From assembly GCF_006345805.1 (NCBI RefSeq), contig NC_042998.1:184016001-184080000 (forward strand): 64,000 nucleotides of DNA. Direction: 5' to 3'. Below the pieces are notes generated by a model that made no database searches, was not told where the DNA came from, and saw nothing but the letters and a program-made list of their open reading frames with translations. The stretch comes from Octopus sinensis (taxonomy: Eukaryota). Shown here piece after piece: positions 22,894 to 34,734 of the stretch (its first letter is position 1; every line of letters starts with the position of its first letter). A program made the position numbers and the translations under genes.

Positions 22894-25336
22894 CAAGGAA
22901 GCATTTCCCCATGACTGGTCATGTTTTCACAAAACATTGGAAATGAATGATACTACTTGTGTGGCAGTGACACATGTTTACAAGCATGTTTACAACAATC
23001 CTCTGATGTCAAGTCAAGAAAGTATACATGCTCACACACACACACACAAACGTGCACATATGCATACACACACAATAAGTTTCTTTCAGTTTCCATCTTC
23101 CAAATCCATGGGCTATAGTGTTAGACACTTGCCCAAGGAGCCATGCTGTTGGACATTGCCAGAAACCAGGTGGTTGAGAAGCATGCGAGGATTCTTTCAC
23201 TCAATGATCTTTTCAGTATAAAGAGTAAGGGTCATCAGCAGGTATTTATAGCTCATATTTTCATGAAATCGAAAATGAAACCAGAAACTGAAGTGGATAA
23301 AGAATTGAGGCATGTGGGTTACATATATTGATTGTTGGAGACCTTAAAAAAACTTATATTTGACTGTAAAGGGAAAATATCTTTGAAAAGTGCAGGGGAT
23401 AAGTTAGGCCAAATATGCAAGTTGATGTCATTAAACAAAAATAATTATAAAAGATATTGTATTACCTTACATAAATTTGTTTAATGATTGGATAATATTT
23501 TTGGAAGAATTCCCTTTTTTAAACAGAAAGAAAAAATACTAGAATAACCTGCTGATAACTGCACATTTCTCTGAGCTTTTGATTATGTGTTTGTTTCTAT
23601 TTGAAAATGAAAGGGTTCAGAGAAATGTGTTATTACTTGTATGTTATTCTAGTGCCCTTTTTCTCCTACTTGAAAAGAAGAACCTTTCCCAAAAATATAA
23701 GAAATCATTAAAAAACAAAATACCACAATATTTTTTCTATTAGTTTTATTTATTTATACCACCTTACTTTAATCAACTAGAGGTACCTTGTTTAAAATAT
23801 AGGCGTGTGCAATTATATTGGACATGTTTGCATGCATTTAAACATGGAAAGACCTTTGCTGTAGAAATTTTCTCAGGGGGTAAATTTTCCTTATAGGCAA
23901 TGTGTGAAAAATACTACTCGCCTGACTAATGATATGACACATTTTTCTGCATCATTATGCTTCACGAGCTATGGATACTAAATCTGTCATTCATAGCTCT
24001 CTGAGAACTGCTGTTCTTATATTTAAACAACAAATATTAAGTTTGCTGATGTGTGCAAAACTTCATCAATTAATCAGAGGCACACAAAGCAGTGTTAATT
24101 AGATATAGTGCCTACAATTACATTTAGCATGTTTGTGTGCCACCTTGGATGGCCCTTCAGTTTGCTGCCCCTGGGGCCCCACAAAAAGCATATATTACCT
24201 ACAGCTAGTGTTTGTGTGCACTCATATATGGTAAAGGAGCCTTTGCTGTAGTAGCTGTGTCTGGGGAAAAATTCTCCTTAAAGACGTGTGTGAAAAACAC
24301 TACTGGGCTATGAATGATGACGTCAGGTCATAGTACATGTGTTTCTGCATCATTATAATTCATCGGCTATGAATGCCGAACCTGTTGTTCATAGCTCACA
24401 AAGAACTACCCTTCTTATATTAAAATGGCACATAATAAATTTATTGATGTAAGACAATTTACACAGTGATATATATGCATGCATATATATATATATATCT
24501 GCCTAATGTCAAGTCTACTTCATTAACCTCTTTAGTAGCTTTTTACTCCTTAGTTAAGTCACTCATACTCCTTGACATTTGTCCTCTACTCATTCCTATC
24601 ACAATCATCCTTGTTTCTTTCAACCTTTTCTTAATCTTGTTTGCTTCCTGCACCTAAGCCCCAATTTCTCACCTCTAAATCACACCCTCCTCTTGCCAAT
24701 CTCATTGTACTATGCTGTCTGTGTAACTAAGGATAGCAGAGGAGCTCTTCTGCTCATCACACATTACACTCATCCCATCTATGCCTTTACTGCTCATTTT
24801 CTGTTCGCTATTCTTTCCCCCTTGCCTGTTACTCATCTCCCAATCACTCTCTCTTTTCCTCAATTTCTACTGTACCACACTTCCAGTGTGACAGAAGATA
24901 ATAGTGTATCTCTTCTGTACAATGAACAAACTGGTGAGTGACAGGGCTGTATGAATATGAAGCCCCTTTAATTGTGAATTGGGCCAAGGACATGGCTACC
25001 TCTGTAGTGCTAGTTCATGAAAAATGTGCCCAGTACATTCTGCAAAGTGTGAGGCTGTTAGGGCACTTTAAACTTGTCAAGGACTTGACACCTCTCTAGT
25101 GTGGGTACCATGAAAATAACCTCCAATGCACTCTGTAAAGTGGTGAGAAAGGAATCAATTGCAGAAACTAGGACAAAAATGAAACATTGAGTGGGATGAG
25201 GTTTCCCCAAGCCATCCAGGTGAGTAGTACGCTCAAATACATGCTGACTTAACTCCAATTGTAACAATCTGTCCAACTCATATTAGTAGGGAAATGACAT
25301 GTAAAATGGTGATGATCATGATAATGATGATGATGA

Positions 25337-25391
<55 letters not shown>

Positions 25392-25423
25392 TTGTTTATC
25401 TGTCTGTCTGTCTGCCTGCCTGC

Positions 25424-25455
<32 letters not shown>

Positions 25456-26364
25456 ATCTATCTATCTATCTATCTATCTATGTGTGTATATATATATATG
25501 AATTATATATACATTTGCAAAAATTATACACATCAGTGAGAAGTTGCTGGTTAAGTAAAAATACTTTGTGGTATTTACACTGCCATGAGTATTTCTTTAC
25601 CAATCTCACCATTGGAAATATATTGGAAACCAATGATAACCAATAATAATTTTGCTCACAAAATGCACAATGAAATAATAAAGAACTAAATAAATGAATA
25701 GTTTTTCTGTAGATGAAGTATTTCAGCTGCAATAGCAATAAATTTGATTCCAACTAAAAGGTTGGTTTCTTAACATCTTGACCTGCAAAACTTGCCAACA
25801 ATTTATATTTATATTCTTTAGCAAAAAAATCAATCTTTATGAAATGTCTTTGTATACTTTCTAAATGACCTAGAATGAAAGACAAGGAGGGGTTTACAAA
25901 AGAGCAGCTTTCTTGGATTATATCTATGACTATGTATCTTTTATGGTATCCTCCTTACTTTCTGACACCATGCCCTATCTTGTTTTCTAAAATTAATTTT
26001 GAACTTTTGCCCTTCATGTATTTAATTTTCAAATTTTGTTATATAATAGTCATAAATACCTAATTTCATGCTCCTACTTCCTTCTTCTAATAAATTTAAT
26101 AGAAAAAATAATATTCAATCCATTAGGAAGTAGATTATGGATGAATTTTGGCTGAAAAAAAATTATATGATTTATCGTTGTCATCTTGCCTGATGGTGTG
26201 GTTATAGACGTGTCTAAAAAAGTGGTGTGTCAGTGGCCCTGGCAACGATCATGCTTGGATGGTGCTTTTAACGTTCCACTGGCATGAGTGCCAATCAGGT
26301 GGTACTGTCATAGGCCACATAAGTGATTTTGATTTCACTTGCCTCAACAGGTCTTCACAAGCAA

Positions 26365-26417
<53 letters not shown>

Positions 26418-26644
26418 CATACATATATATCCAGTCCACACTGTAAAGTGGTTGGCGTTTGGAAGGGCATTCAGCTGTAAAATCCATGCCAAAATTGACC
26501 TCGCTTGTGCTGGTGTCATGTAAAGTGCACTTAGTCCACTCTGCTGGATGGTTGGTGTTAGGAAGAGCATCCAGCCATAAAAACCCCACCAAAACAGAGA
26601 GATGTTGGGTGCATGCTCTTGATTGTATATATATATACATATAT

Positions 26645-26718
<74 letters not shown>

Positions 26719-26744
26719 CATATATATATATATATATGTATATC

Positions 26745-26930
26745 ATCATCATCATCATCATCATCATCGTTTAACGGCCGCTTTCCATGCTAGCATGGGT
26801 TGGACGATTTGACTGAGGTCTGGCAAACCAGATGGCTGTACCAGGCTCCAATCTACTCTGGCAGAGTTTCTACAGCTTGATGCCCTTCCTAATGCCAACC
26901 ACTCCGAGAGTGTAGTGGGTGCTTTTACTC
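26745..26930 (-). mobile_element. RTE-tail SINE-like repeat (truncated)
   Basis: (CAT)n followed by family motifs. Confidence 0.85.
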
Positions 26931-27171
26931 TGGTATACATATATATACCAGAGTAAGCACATAAATGCGAAACAAGGTGGAAAAAATAGCACACGAATAC
27001 CAGAGGTAGAGTAATATGCTTTATTAAAAAGCAGCGAAAATATCACAAAAACTATTACTCAGAGTTTCACATTCCTGTTTTGTTTCTAAACAAAACTGTC
27101 CAATGAATGGGAACATGAAACTCTGAGTAACAGTTTTTGTGACATTTTTGCTGCTTTTTAATAAAGTATAT
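26930..27171. mobile_element. Palindromic TA-associated element with a degenerate hammerhead
   Basis: Arms ~27015-27075 and ~27110-27171. Same family as 31755-32012. Confidence 0.7.
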
Positions 27172-27628
27172 ACATATATATATATATATATATCTTTATC
27201 TCTTATCTGTATTTCTTATCTCAGTCATTAGACTACGCCCATGCTGGGGCATTGTCTGGTACTAATTCTATCAGTCTCTTTTTGCTGAGCTTCTAGGTTA
27301 AGGGGATATAAACACACCAACATCGGTTGTCAAGAAGTGATGGGGGATAAACACAGATAGAAAGACATATAAATATATATATATATATATATAAATACAC
27401 ACACATGCATGCATACATATATGATGGGCCTTTTTCAGTTTCCATCTATCAAAATCCACTCAGAAGGCTCTGGTTGGCTTGAGGCTATAATAGCAGACAC
27501 TTGCCTAAGATGCCATGCTGTGGGACTGAACCCAGAACCAGGTAGTTGGGAAGCAAACTTCTTACCACTTAGCCATGTTTATGCCTCTCACTCTCTCTTT
27601 CTCCCTCTCTATGTATATATATATATAT

Positions 27629-27935
27629 ATCACGTGATCACATGACCGACCAGACCATCAGATGTTGTTACACATCACTGGTCACAATGCGTTCGCATTG
27701 TTTTAGCCTTCGAATGACGCCACCTCGCTGGCTAAGCGAGCAGGCCAACAGAAGAAAGAGTGAGAGAAAGAGTGGTGAAAGAGTACAGCAGGGATCACTA
27801 CCCCCTGTCGGAGCCTCGTAGAGCTTTTAGGTGTTTTCGCTCAATAAACACTCACAACGCCCGGTCTGGGAATCGAAACCGCGATCCTGCGACCGCGAGT
27901 CCGCTGCCCTGACCACTAGGCCATTGCGCCTCCAC
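27629..27935 (-). mobile_element. tRNA-derived SINE, young full-length copy
   Basis: gtggaggcgcaatggcctagtggtcagggcagcggactcgcggtc...ggtttcgattccc (A and B boxes), followed by a non-tRNA body and (TA)n tail. Confidence 0.85.
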
Positions 27936-27942
27936 ACCACAC

Positions 27943-28023
<81 letters not shown>

Positions 28024-29265
28024 ATATATATATATATATAATGAATGAGCAAAAGCAAGGAAAAAATGATGTATCAAGAGGGATGAGTTATAACATTCTT
28101 TAGACTAAATAAAGGAAATATGCAAAAGAAAAAAGAAAAATCAATATAGTGAAGAAGAATGTCTGTAATATTAGACAGTAAGTTTCATAATTACTATTTC
28201 AGAATTCTTATTAACTCTGTAAAACCTGTCATTTGATAATTAAAGTGAAGCGGAGACATAAAATATATGAAAAGAAAAGAAATTTTGAGTAAATTATTCG
28301 AAATTGTTTTGGAGCCGGCCTGGCTAGAATGCTAAGGAGTTCTGAGTGCAAACTCACTACATAACACCTTGAGCAAGGAGGAAGTGTCTTTTACCATTAC
28401 CTCAAGTCATTCTTATCCTTGTGAGTAGAATTAGGTCGATGGAAATTGTACAGAAGCCCACCAGGAGAACTACCATAAAAAGGACTATATCTGTACTTAG
28501 ATGGCAGAGGTAATTTGCTACCAGCATTAACACTGGTACCTTAGTGCTTTGGTACCTTAGTGCTTTGGTACCTCTGAGCAGAGTTCATTCTGTTACAAAC
28601 ATTTGAAGCAGAGATCTGGTCTGGGGTATCCCAGTGTATTGATGTGCTTTTTTCCTACTGGAGCAACCCATGAATTATGGTTTATTCCTTTCTTTCCTCA
28701 CAATGACTCTCAGAATCTTTGAGATTGGTTATGGGCACAAGGCACAGCCTTTTCTTCTCTGACTAAGATATAAAAAAAGTCATTCAAAATTAATTAAAAT
28801 CGTAGGTAATATTTGTTGCTTTGGAATTAATGTTTGTAATAAACAGTAATTTTTTTTTTCTAATGTGGCTTTTGGTTGTAGTCAAATCACTATTGAAAAT
28901 GATTATACTGATATAAGTAATTGTAAAAGAAAATTGATAGTGTGATGATGATGATGATGATGCTGATGATGATGATGATGCTGCTGCTGCTGATGATGAT
29001 GGTGGTGGTGGTGTGGTGGTGGTGGTGATGACGACAACGACAGTAGCAATGATAGTGATGCTAACTGCCGCTGATCACATGAAAGAAATGATGCAGTATT
29101 TTCTTCTTCTTTCTTCACTCCATCTCTGTTTCTCCTTTGTCTTTCTGAAGTGCCCATCTCAAGTTAAGTTACAATAGTGTAACTATGGTGAACTGTGAAG
29201 GACAGGCTAATATAGCCTAAAATGGTTTCTTATAGTGAAAATGTTATATCACCACCACCACCACC

Positions 29266-29296
<31 letters not shown>

Positions 29297-29479
29297 CCAC
29301 CACCATCATCATCATCACCATTATCATCAATGTTTTATGTCTGCTTTTCCTTGTAGGCATGTGGGTTGGATGAGACAGTGTTTTATGGCATGCATGTATA
29401 TGTATGTATATATATATGTAAGTATATACTTATACACACACACACACTCACACACACACTCACACACACACATATATAT

Positions 29480-30035
29480 ATGTAATAATTATTATGAAGC
29501 ATTGTGTAGAATATATTGTATAAAAGATCGTGGGTAAAGCCAAAACAATGCAAAGTAAATGCAAGGTAAATCACAAGAAAACAAATATGTGAATTAATGT
29601 AGATTTATCTTCTATTCAATATTTTGGGGTTATGATCTCATTTTCAAGAAGCTGACAAATGTAACATATGAATAGGTGTCAAAGCAAGAGAGGAGGGGAG
29701 AGGTGGGTGGGAGTGAAGAGAGGAGAGGAGTTGAGCCCATGTGGTGCAAAGGAGTGAAGAGAGAAGGTTAATTCCTGTTCATGGCGAAGACGGGAGTCTG
29801 AATGCCCCCTGTGCAAAGACAATCCGAACACAGATAGGTGTTGTAAAGAATGACCAACAGAGCAGAAATGGCATGAGACCAGGGTGTCATTGCTGGGTCT
29901 GATGTCTCGGAGGTGTTCCACGAACCAGTCAGCCAAGCGGCATCCCATTTGACCGATGTACAGAGAAGGACAAAGAGAGCAGGCGATGCAGTAAATGACA
30001 TTGCTAGAAGTGCAGGTGAAGGAGTCAGTGATATG
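29480..30035 (-). mobile_element. Penelope-like element 3' fragment with GIY-YIG endonuclease domain
   Basis: SFTCTSSNVIYCIACSLCPSLYIGQMGCRLADWFVEHLRDIR...VSCHFCSVGHS...RLRHEQELTFSLHSFAPHGLN: VIY/YIG motifs and CCHH-like residues typical of PLE endonucleases. Confidence 0.85.
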
Positions 30036-30067
30036 ATATACATATATATACACATACACATATACAG

Positions 30068-30103
<36 letters not shown>

Positions 30104-30156
30104 GTGAGTGTGTTTTTCATACACATGTATATATGTACATACATACATACATATAT

Positions 30157-31124
30157 GGATTATATATAGGTTATATATGGATTATATATAGGTTATATAT
30201 GGATTATATATAGGTTATATATGGATTATATATAGGTTATATATGGATTATATATAGGTTATATATGGATTATATATAGGTTATATATGGATTATATATA
30301 GGTTATATATGGATTATATATAGGTTATATATGGATTATATATAGGTTATATATGGATTATATATAGGTTATATATGGATTATATATAGGTTATATATGG
30401 ATTATATATAGGTTATATATGGATTATATATAGGTTATATATGGATTATATATAGGTTATATATGGATTATATATAGGTTATATATGGATTATATATAGG
30501 TTATATATGGATTATATATAGGTTATATATGGATTATATATAGGTTATATATGGATTATATATAGGTTATATATGGATTATATATAGGTTATATATGGAT
30601 TATATATAGGTTATATATGGATTATATATAGGTTATATATGGATTATATATAGGTTATATATGGATTATATATAGGTTATATATGGATTATATATAGGTT
30701 ATATATGGATTATATATAGGTTATATATGGATTATATATAGGTTATATATGGATTATATATAGGTTATATATGGATTATATATAGGTTATATATGGATTA
30801 TATATAGGTTATATATGGATTATATATAGGTTATATATGGATTATATATAGGTTATATATGGATTATATATAGGTTATATATGGATTATATATAGGTTAT
30901 ATATGGATTATATATAGGTTATATATGGATTATATATAGGTTATATATGGATTATATATAGGTTATATATGGATTATATATAGGTTATATATGGATTATA
31001 TATAGGTTATATATGGATTATATATAGGTTATATATGGATTATATATAGGTTATATATGGATTATATATAGGTTATATATGGATTATATATAGGTTATAT
31101 ATGGATTATATATAGGTTATATAT
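30157..31124. repeat. Perfect 22-bp tandem array (GGATTATATATAGGTTATATAT) x44
   Basis: 968 bp / 22 = 44 units; no variant unit seen on reading. Confidence 0.97.
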
Positions 31125-31180
31125 GGATTATATATTTATATTTTTTCATTAATACTTTAATTATTTTAAAATTATTATTT

Positions 31181-31320
31181 TTATATTTTATATTTTATAT
31201 TTTATATTTTATATTTTATATTTTATATTTTATATTTTATATTTTATATTTTATATTTTATATTTTATATTTTATGTTTTATATTTTATATTTTATATTT
31301 TATATTTTATATTTTATATT
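31181..31320. repeat. (ATATTTT)n 7-bp tandem repeat
   Basis: Read directly; about 20 units. Confidence 0.9.
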
Positions 31321-31487
31321 TAATTGTTGATAGGTTTATTTTAGTTTATATATTGTTTATATATTGATTATATATGGATTATATATAGGTTATATATGGA
31401 TTATATATTTATATTTTTTCATTAATACTTTAATTATTTTAAAATTATTATTTTTATTTTAAAATATTGATATTTTAGATTGGAAGT

Positions 31488-31530
31488 CCACCTGAAGATT
31501 GTCGATCAAGACAAGAAACAATTGTAGTGG
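31488..31530 (+). ncRNA. Minimal type I hammerhead ribozyme motif (Penelope-type)
   Basis: ccac-CTGAAGA-ttgtc(gatcaa)gacaa-GAAA-caattg-TA-gtgg: intact core, 5-bp stem II, palindromic stem III, GUA cleavage triplet, 4-bp stem I. Confidence 0.75.
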
Positions 31531-31617
31531 CGGTTTTTTTGACTATTTATTAAAATTTTATGTATTGATTAAGTCTTTCCTTGTTTGTTTTGCAAAATAG
31601 TGGTTTTGTCTCTAATA

Positions 31618-31687
<70 letters not shown>

Positions 31688-31754
31688 TATATATATATAT
31701 AATATATATATACATATATATATACATATATATATATATATACACTCACATACA

Positions 31755-32012
31755 CTTTATCATTAAAGCTGCAAAAGCATCACAAAATATCACAAAAACT
31801 GCTACTCAGAATTTCACACTCCCATTTGTCAGACAGTTGTGATTCTCAATCACAACTGTTCAACAACTGTTTATTGGACAGGATTGTGAAACTCTGAGTA
31901 GCATTTTTTGTGATATATTTCGATGTTTTTTGCAGCTTTAATAATAATACTCTGGTATTTGAGTACTAGTTTTTCCCACCTTGTTTCACATTTATGTGCT
32001 TACTCAGGTATA
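31755..32012. mobile_element. Palindromic TA-associated element, opposite orientation to 26930-27171
   Basis: Arms ~31761-31830 and ~31880-31944; shared unique flank (ccaccttgtttcacatttatgtgcttactc). Confidence 0.7.
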
Positions 32013-32030
32013 TATATATGTATACACACA

Positions 32031-32069
<39 letters not shown>

Positions 32070-32072
<3 letters not shown>

Positions 32073-32464
32073 TACTAGCAGAGATACTCGGCATTGCTCG
32101 GAATTAACATATTGCATATATATATTATAGTTGTGTCGAAACAGTTGATACAGGAAAATGCAGCATTGATGACAAAACATTTGTGGAGTAAGTTTTAAAA
32201 ATTTGCAAAAACGACAATTTGAGTTTAGCCCACCAGTTTGGACAGAATTATCATTTTTATAAGAATGGGATCGATCATATCCCATTCTGCAGCTCCAGAT
32301 GTTGTGAAGAACGAATTTGTGTGTGGTCTATTTCTGAGAGCTATTCTTTTGGGCCTCTGTGTAATCTGGCATGCTAAATGTTATTTTAATGAGTAAGCAT
32401 TAAGTGTTGCAACATGTGTTTTGTGATCTTTGGAAAGTGCCATGTCCCTTCTCTATTGAGACTC

Positions 32465-32490
<26 letters not shown>
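32070..32490 (-). mobile_element. Helitron-like non-autonomous element (3' end only supported)
   Basis: Minus strand ends ccgagcaatgccgagtatctctgCTAG-T (subterminal hairpin plus CTAG). Other boundary uncertain. Confidence 0.4.
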
Positions 32491-32513
<23 letters not shown>

Positions 32514-32515
32514 AT

Positions 32516-32644
<129 letters not shown>

Positions 32645-33811
32645 AAGATAGATACGGATATATATATATATATACTTTTGTTGTTTTGTATTTGCCTTCA
32701 ATACTACAGAATTCATCATTGCATATTTACTTCAATGGTGATTATAACTACAACCTTCCAACATTGCCTTCGGGCCTGGCAAAGAGTTTGACCAAAGCAT
32801 ACACCAATGCACCCATGTACACACACACACTCCTATGAAGCAGACACCACACAAAATAGGCTGTCTCCTACCACTCCCAACATTTACCCCTTCACACACA
32901 TTGCATCTCCACACAAGTCAGGTCACACTTGAGTGCTACTGGTAACATGTAATCCAGTAAAACTTGTTACATGGTTCGGTCGTCGGTGACTAAACTGGCC
33001 ACCCCACCAGGCTTGCTTGGTGAGGAGGGTGTTGCTGGACACCCTGCGGGATGAAAAATAAAACTCCTGAACAGCCAATGGCCATCCAACAAAATGTCTG
33101 TAAATATGTATATACCATTTTTTTCTTATATGTATATTTTTACTTATATATTTTTACTTTTATATATATTTAAAAATTTTTTATTTGTATTTTTTCTATA
33201 TGTATATATATATGTATATTTTTACTTTTATGTATATATTTAGAGCCCGAATCCTGAAAACGTGGCTAATGGGGCCCAGGTATTGCAAGTCCCCAATGGC
33301 AGATCTGTTCCTAGTGAAGGCGGATGAAGGTGATGACATGCAAGCTGGCTTTAAAAGTGGGCTATGACAAACTGAAGTTCTGGCAGCTTGCCGCAGGAAG
33401 CCTGCATACAAGACCAGATGGACTGGTCCCAAGATGGAGCATAGGATCTTTTCCACCAACTCTGGGAGCTCGTTGCAGCAGAAGACAAGGGTCAATCATC
33501 TCGAGACTCCTCTTGCCATTGGACCCCATTGCCTTCTGTCAAGTGCGTGCAGCTGAGAACTTTGCATCTTCTCCGGCACCTTAAACTTTTCACAGCACAA
33601 GCTTCGTCTTTCATCCTTCATTCTCTTTCATCCTCTCTGCAAGTCCTGTGGCAATGGGATCATCTGGCAACGAGGGCAGACTAGGATGTAGTTGGAAGCC
33701 TCTAATTGGAGTCCTGCATGTAGGCGGCATAAGTAAGATGGTTGTCGTTGGATGAACTTGTGGACGAACATCCACCTTGGTCCTGCTTGTTACATATATA
33801 TATATATAGAC

Positions 33812-33866
<55 letters not shown>

Positions 33867-33867
<1 letters not shown>

Positions 33868-34670
33868 TCAACAATTGAGGGTAAAATTAATTAATTAATC
33901 AATTTCACCAAGTATTCAGTATGCAAAGGGACCATTTAAGGCGAATTCAAATTATTACATTATATAAAAGGGCTTAGTAAAATAAATTACTTTGCCGCAT
34001 ACTGAACTATATGAGGAGGTATTAGAAATAGTTTTAAAAAAGTTTTTTTTTTGGCTGCTATTTCTAATGAGTTCAGTATGCGGCAAAGTAATTTATTTTA
34101 CTAAGCCCTTTTATATAATGTAATAATTTGAATTCGCCTTAAATGGTCCCTTTGCATACTGAATACTTGGTGAAATTGATTAATTAATTAATTTTACCCT
34201 CAATTGTTGAAATTATAATTCATCTCTCTCTATATAATGCCTCGGATTTTACCGAAAAAAGCATAGTGTTTACTGATTTTAACCCACGCTGGTGGAAAGG
34301 GGAGAGCAAAAATTCTTCGCTTGCATATTTGAGTTTGCTGGCACTGTTAGTTTCGAGCAGATCTTCAGAAGCGATAAGAAGCCGAAAGGGTATGCTCCCA
34401 CTTCAGTGTTTGCAAATCCAAACCAGGGAGTTCTGAGCTGATGATAGAAGTGTCGAGTTTGACTAATCTTGAAACGTACGTTCTCAAATAACCTTTGCAT
34501 TTGATTTTTTAATGTCTCTACCCCCATACTTTCGTGAGTTGAATTGAGCAAACACTATATGAGAGAGGTTTTCTTTAAGTATTAGAAATAGTTTTAAAAA
34601 AGTTTTTTTTTTGGCTGCTATTCTAATGAGTTCAGTATGCGGCAAAGTAATTTATTTTACTAAGCCCTTT

Positions 34671-34678
<8 letters not shown>
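33867..34678. mobile_element. Composite hairpin element: perfect 142-bp inverted repeat, unique segment with hammerhead motif, ~100-bp direct repeat
   Basis: 33867-34008 is the exact reverse complement of 34070-34211. 34579-34678 repeats 34019-34119 with 1 nt missing. Flanked by (TA)n on both sides. Confidence 0.75.
34434..34486 (+). ncRNA. Hammerhead ribozyme-like motif (imperfect stem II)
   Basis: tgag-CTGATGA-tagaagtgtc(gagttt)gactaatctt-GAAA-cgtacg-TT-ctca; palindromic stem III CGTACG. Confidence 0.5.
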
Positions 34679-34715
<37 letters not shown>

Positions 34716-34734
34716 ATATATAGACATATATATA

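Noticed and set aside
27860-27935. tRNA-like sequence
   Set aside because: SINE head: no complete acceptor stem, and it continues into the SINE body.
30157-31124. CRISPR-like array
   Set aside because: Identical units with no spacers, in a eukaryotic context; a simple satellite.
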